Shown here piece by piece: positions 62,631-64,000 of a stretch of 64,000 nt of DNA. Within the stretch, counting starts at the first letter, position 1; each line of letters opens with the position of its first letter. The position numbers and the translations under genes are program-made. Under the pieces are notes generated by a model that saw only the letters and a program-made list of their open reading frames with translations, did not search any database and was not told the origin of the DNA. Where the stretch lies: positions 301,878,001 to 301,942,000 of the forward strand of contig OZ024743.1 of assembly GCA_964016885.1 (NCBI GenBank), given 5' to 3'. This DNA is from Eledone cirrhosa (taxonomy: Eukaryota).

Positions 62631-63353
62631 TAAAATAACAGATTAAAGTTTAAGCAAAGAATCGCTGCTTTCACTCTTTGGATTTTAGTCTTCAAATTTA
62701 TTATTATTACTATATATATATATATATATACATATATGTATACATAATATTTTGTTTGTCGATCCACGACCGACAAATTGCAAAATGTAGCTCGGTGCAA
62801 TATACCAATGTACAGGCCTGAAACCGAAATTCATGTAAATCATTTCACTTGTTTATTCAAAGTAAATGCGATTTATGTATGTGTGTATATTCTTCTTATA
62901 CCAATAACCACTAAATTGTAGAATGGCGGCATTCGTTGATATCTTTCTGGTCAGAACAAATATTTGCATTCCTGCCAGTTACCTAACTGTGATAGCGAAT
63001 GCTAGACATCCCTCTTCGGTCACAGATGTCTAAGTAGAATACTAATGCAACGATACTGGCAGCAATCTGTGAGAGGCATTTCGATGAAAATCTACACCGG
63101 GATCTTCAGACAAATTTCCCACTGACGAAGCTGGTAGATATCAATATATCTGATATACAGATCATGCAACAGAAGCCATGTGGACTGTTTCGTTCGGGAA
63201 TCGTCCTCCGTCCATTATATTCCACTCTGGTCGGAAGAAATATTTGTTTCAATTCCATTGAATGAATTGGTATTTAACTTTTATCAATTCGATGCATGTT
63301 GACACAATGCTAACAACCATGATTCATTTCATAAATATTCAAATCATATATAT

Positions 63354-63518
<165 letters not shown>

Positions 63519-63723
63519 GTTTTAATATAGATGTGATTCTACAGAACTAGAACTGTTTCAATCTTTAGAAATCACCAGAAATCTCTGATTCCTGATGATG
63601 TCTAAAGAATGAAACAGTTATTGACCTGTAGAATCTCATTTATATTAAAACTCTTATACTCTGCAATGTATATTGAGTACCTTACTTACTGTGGTTACCT
63701 CCGATTCAACCCCGAATAACGTA

Positions 63724-63726
<3 letters not shown>
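63519..63726. mobile_element. Family E foldback element
   Basis: 63519-63583 is inverted relative to 63587-63652; HHR 63587-63635 gattc-CTGATGA..GAAAcag..ctgTA-gaatc; tail on the + arm only. Confidence 0.85.
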
Positions 63727-63766
<40 letters not shown>

Positions 63767-63994
63767 GTACGTTAATCCGGGTTGAATCGGAGGTAACCAC
63801 AGTAAGTAAGGTACTCAATACATAGCAGAGTATACAAGTTTTAATATAGATGAGATTCTACAGGACTAGAACTGTTTCATTTATTAGAAATCATCAGGAA
63901 TCTGGCATTTTTATTTTTTGATACCCAGATTCCTGATGATTTCTAATGAATGAAACAGTTCTAGTCCTGTAGAATCTCATCTATATTAAAACTA
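63767..63994. mobile_element. Family E foldback element with two intact hammerheads
   Basis: HHRs at 63853-63903 (-) and 63927-63977 (+): agattc-CTGATGA-tttc taat gaat-GAAA-cag ttctagtc ctg-TA-gaatct; tail on the minus arm only. Confidence 0.9.
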
Positions 63995-64000
63995 TATATA

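Noticed and set aside
63060-63090. ICERHFDE resembling a THAP-domain CxxHF motif
   Set aside because: No upstream C2CH signature in frame; too short.

Overview
AT-rich, microsatellite-saturated eukaryotic non-coding DNA. The tRNA-derived SINE family resembles octopod cephalopod SINEs, so the source is probably an octopod (inference). No intact host gene is visible; nearly all listed ORFs are (TA)n/(CA)n/(GA)n artefacts. The recognisable content is retroelement-derived: (i) six decayed Penelope-like elements (PLEs; RT and/or C-terminal GIY-YIG; four Nematis-type, two Neptune-type), four of them with inverted pseudo-LTRs; (ii) a CR1-like LINE, two R4/Dong-type RLE fragments and an RTE-group RT fragment; (iii) about 9 SINE copies. 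The main hidden layer, found by reading rather than from the ORF track, is a dense set of type I hammerhead ribozymes (HHRs) from more than ten sequence families. They sit in PLE 3' ends, in short head-to-head foldback mini-elements embedded in (TA)n, and in a ~450-nt tandem, ORF-less retrozyme-like repeat. Several HHRs are atypical: 50-120 nt structured stem II extensions, and CCGANGA, UUGAAAA or GCAA cores. Several inversion junctions coincide with the ribozyme boundary or its cleavage site. A tRNA-headed element shows the same foldback architecture. One candidate recursive-splice-site/micro-exon lies at 1887-1933 (-). All pairings were made by eye; no folding or database search was run.
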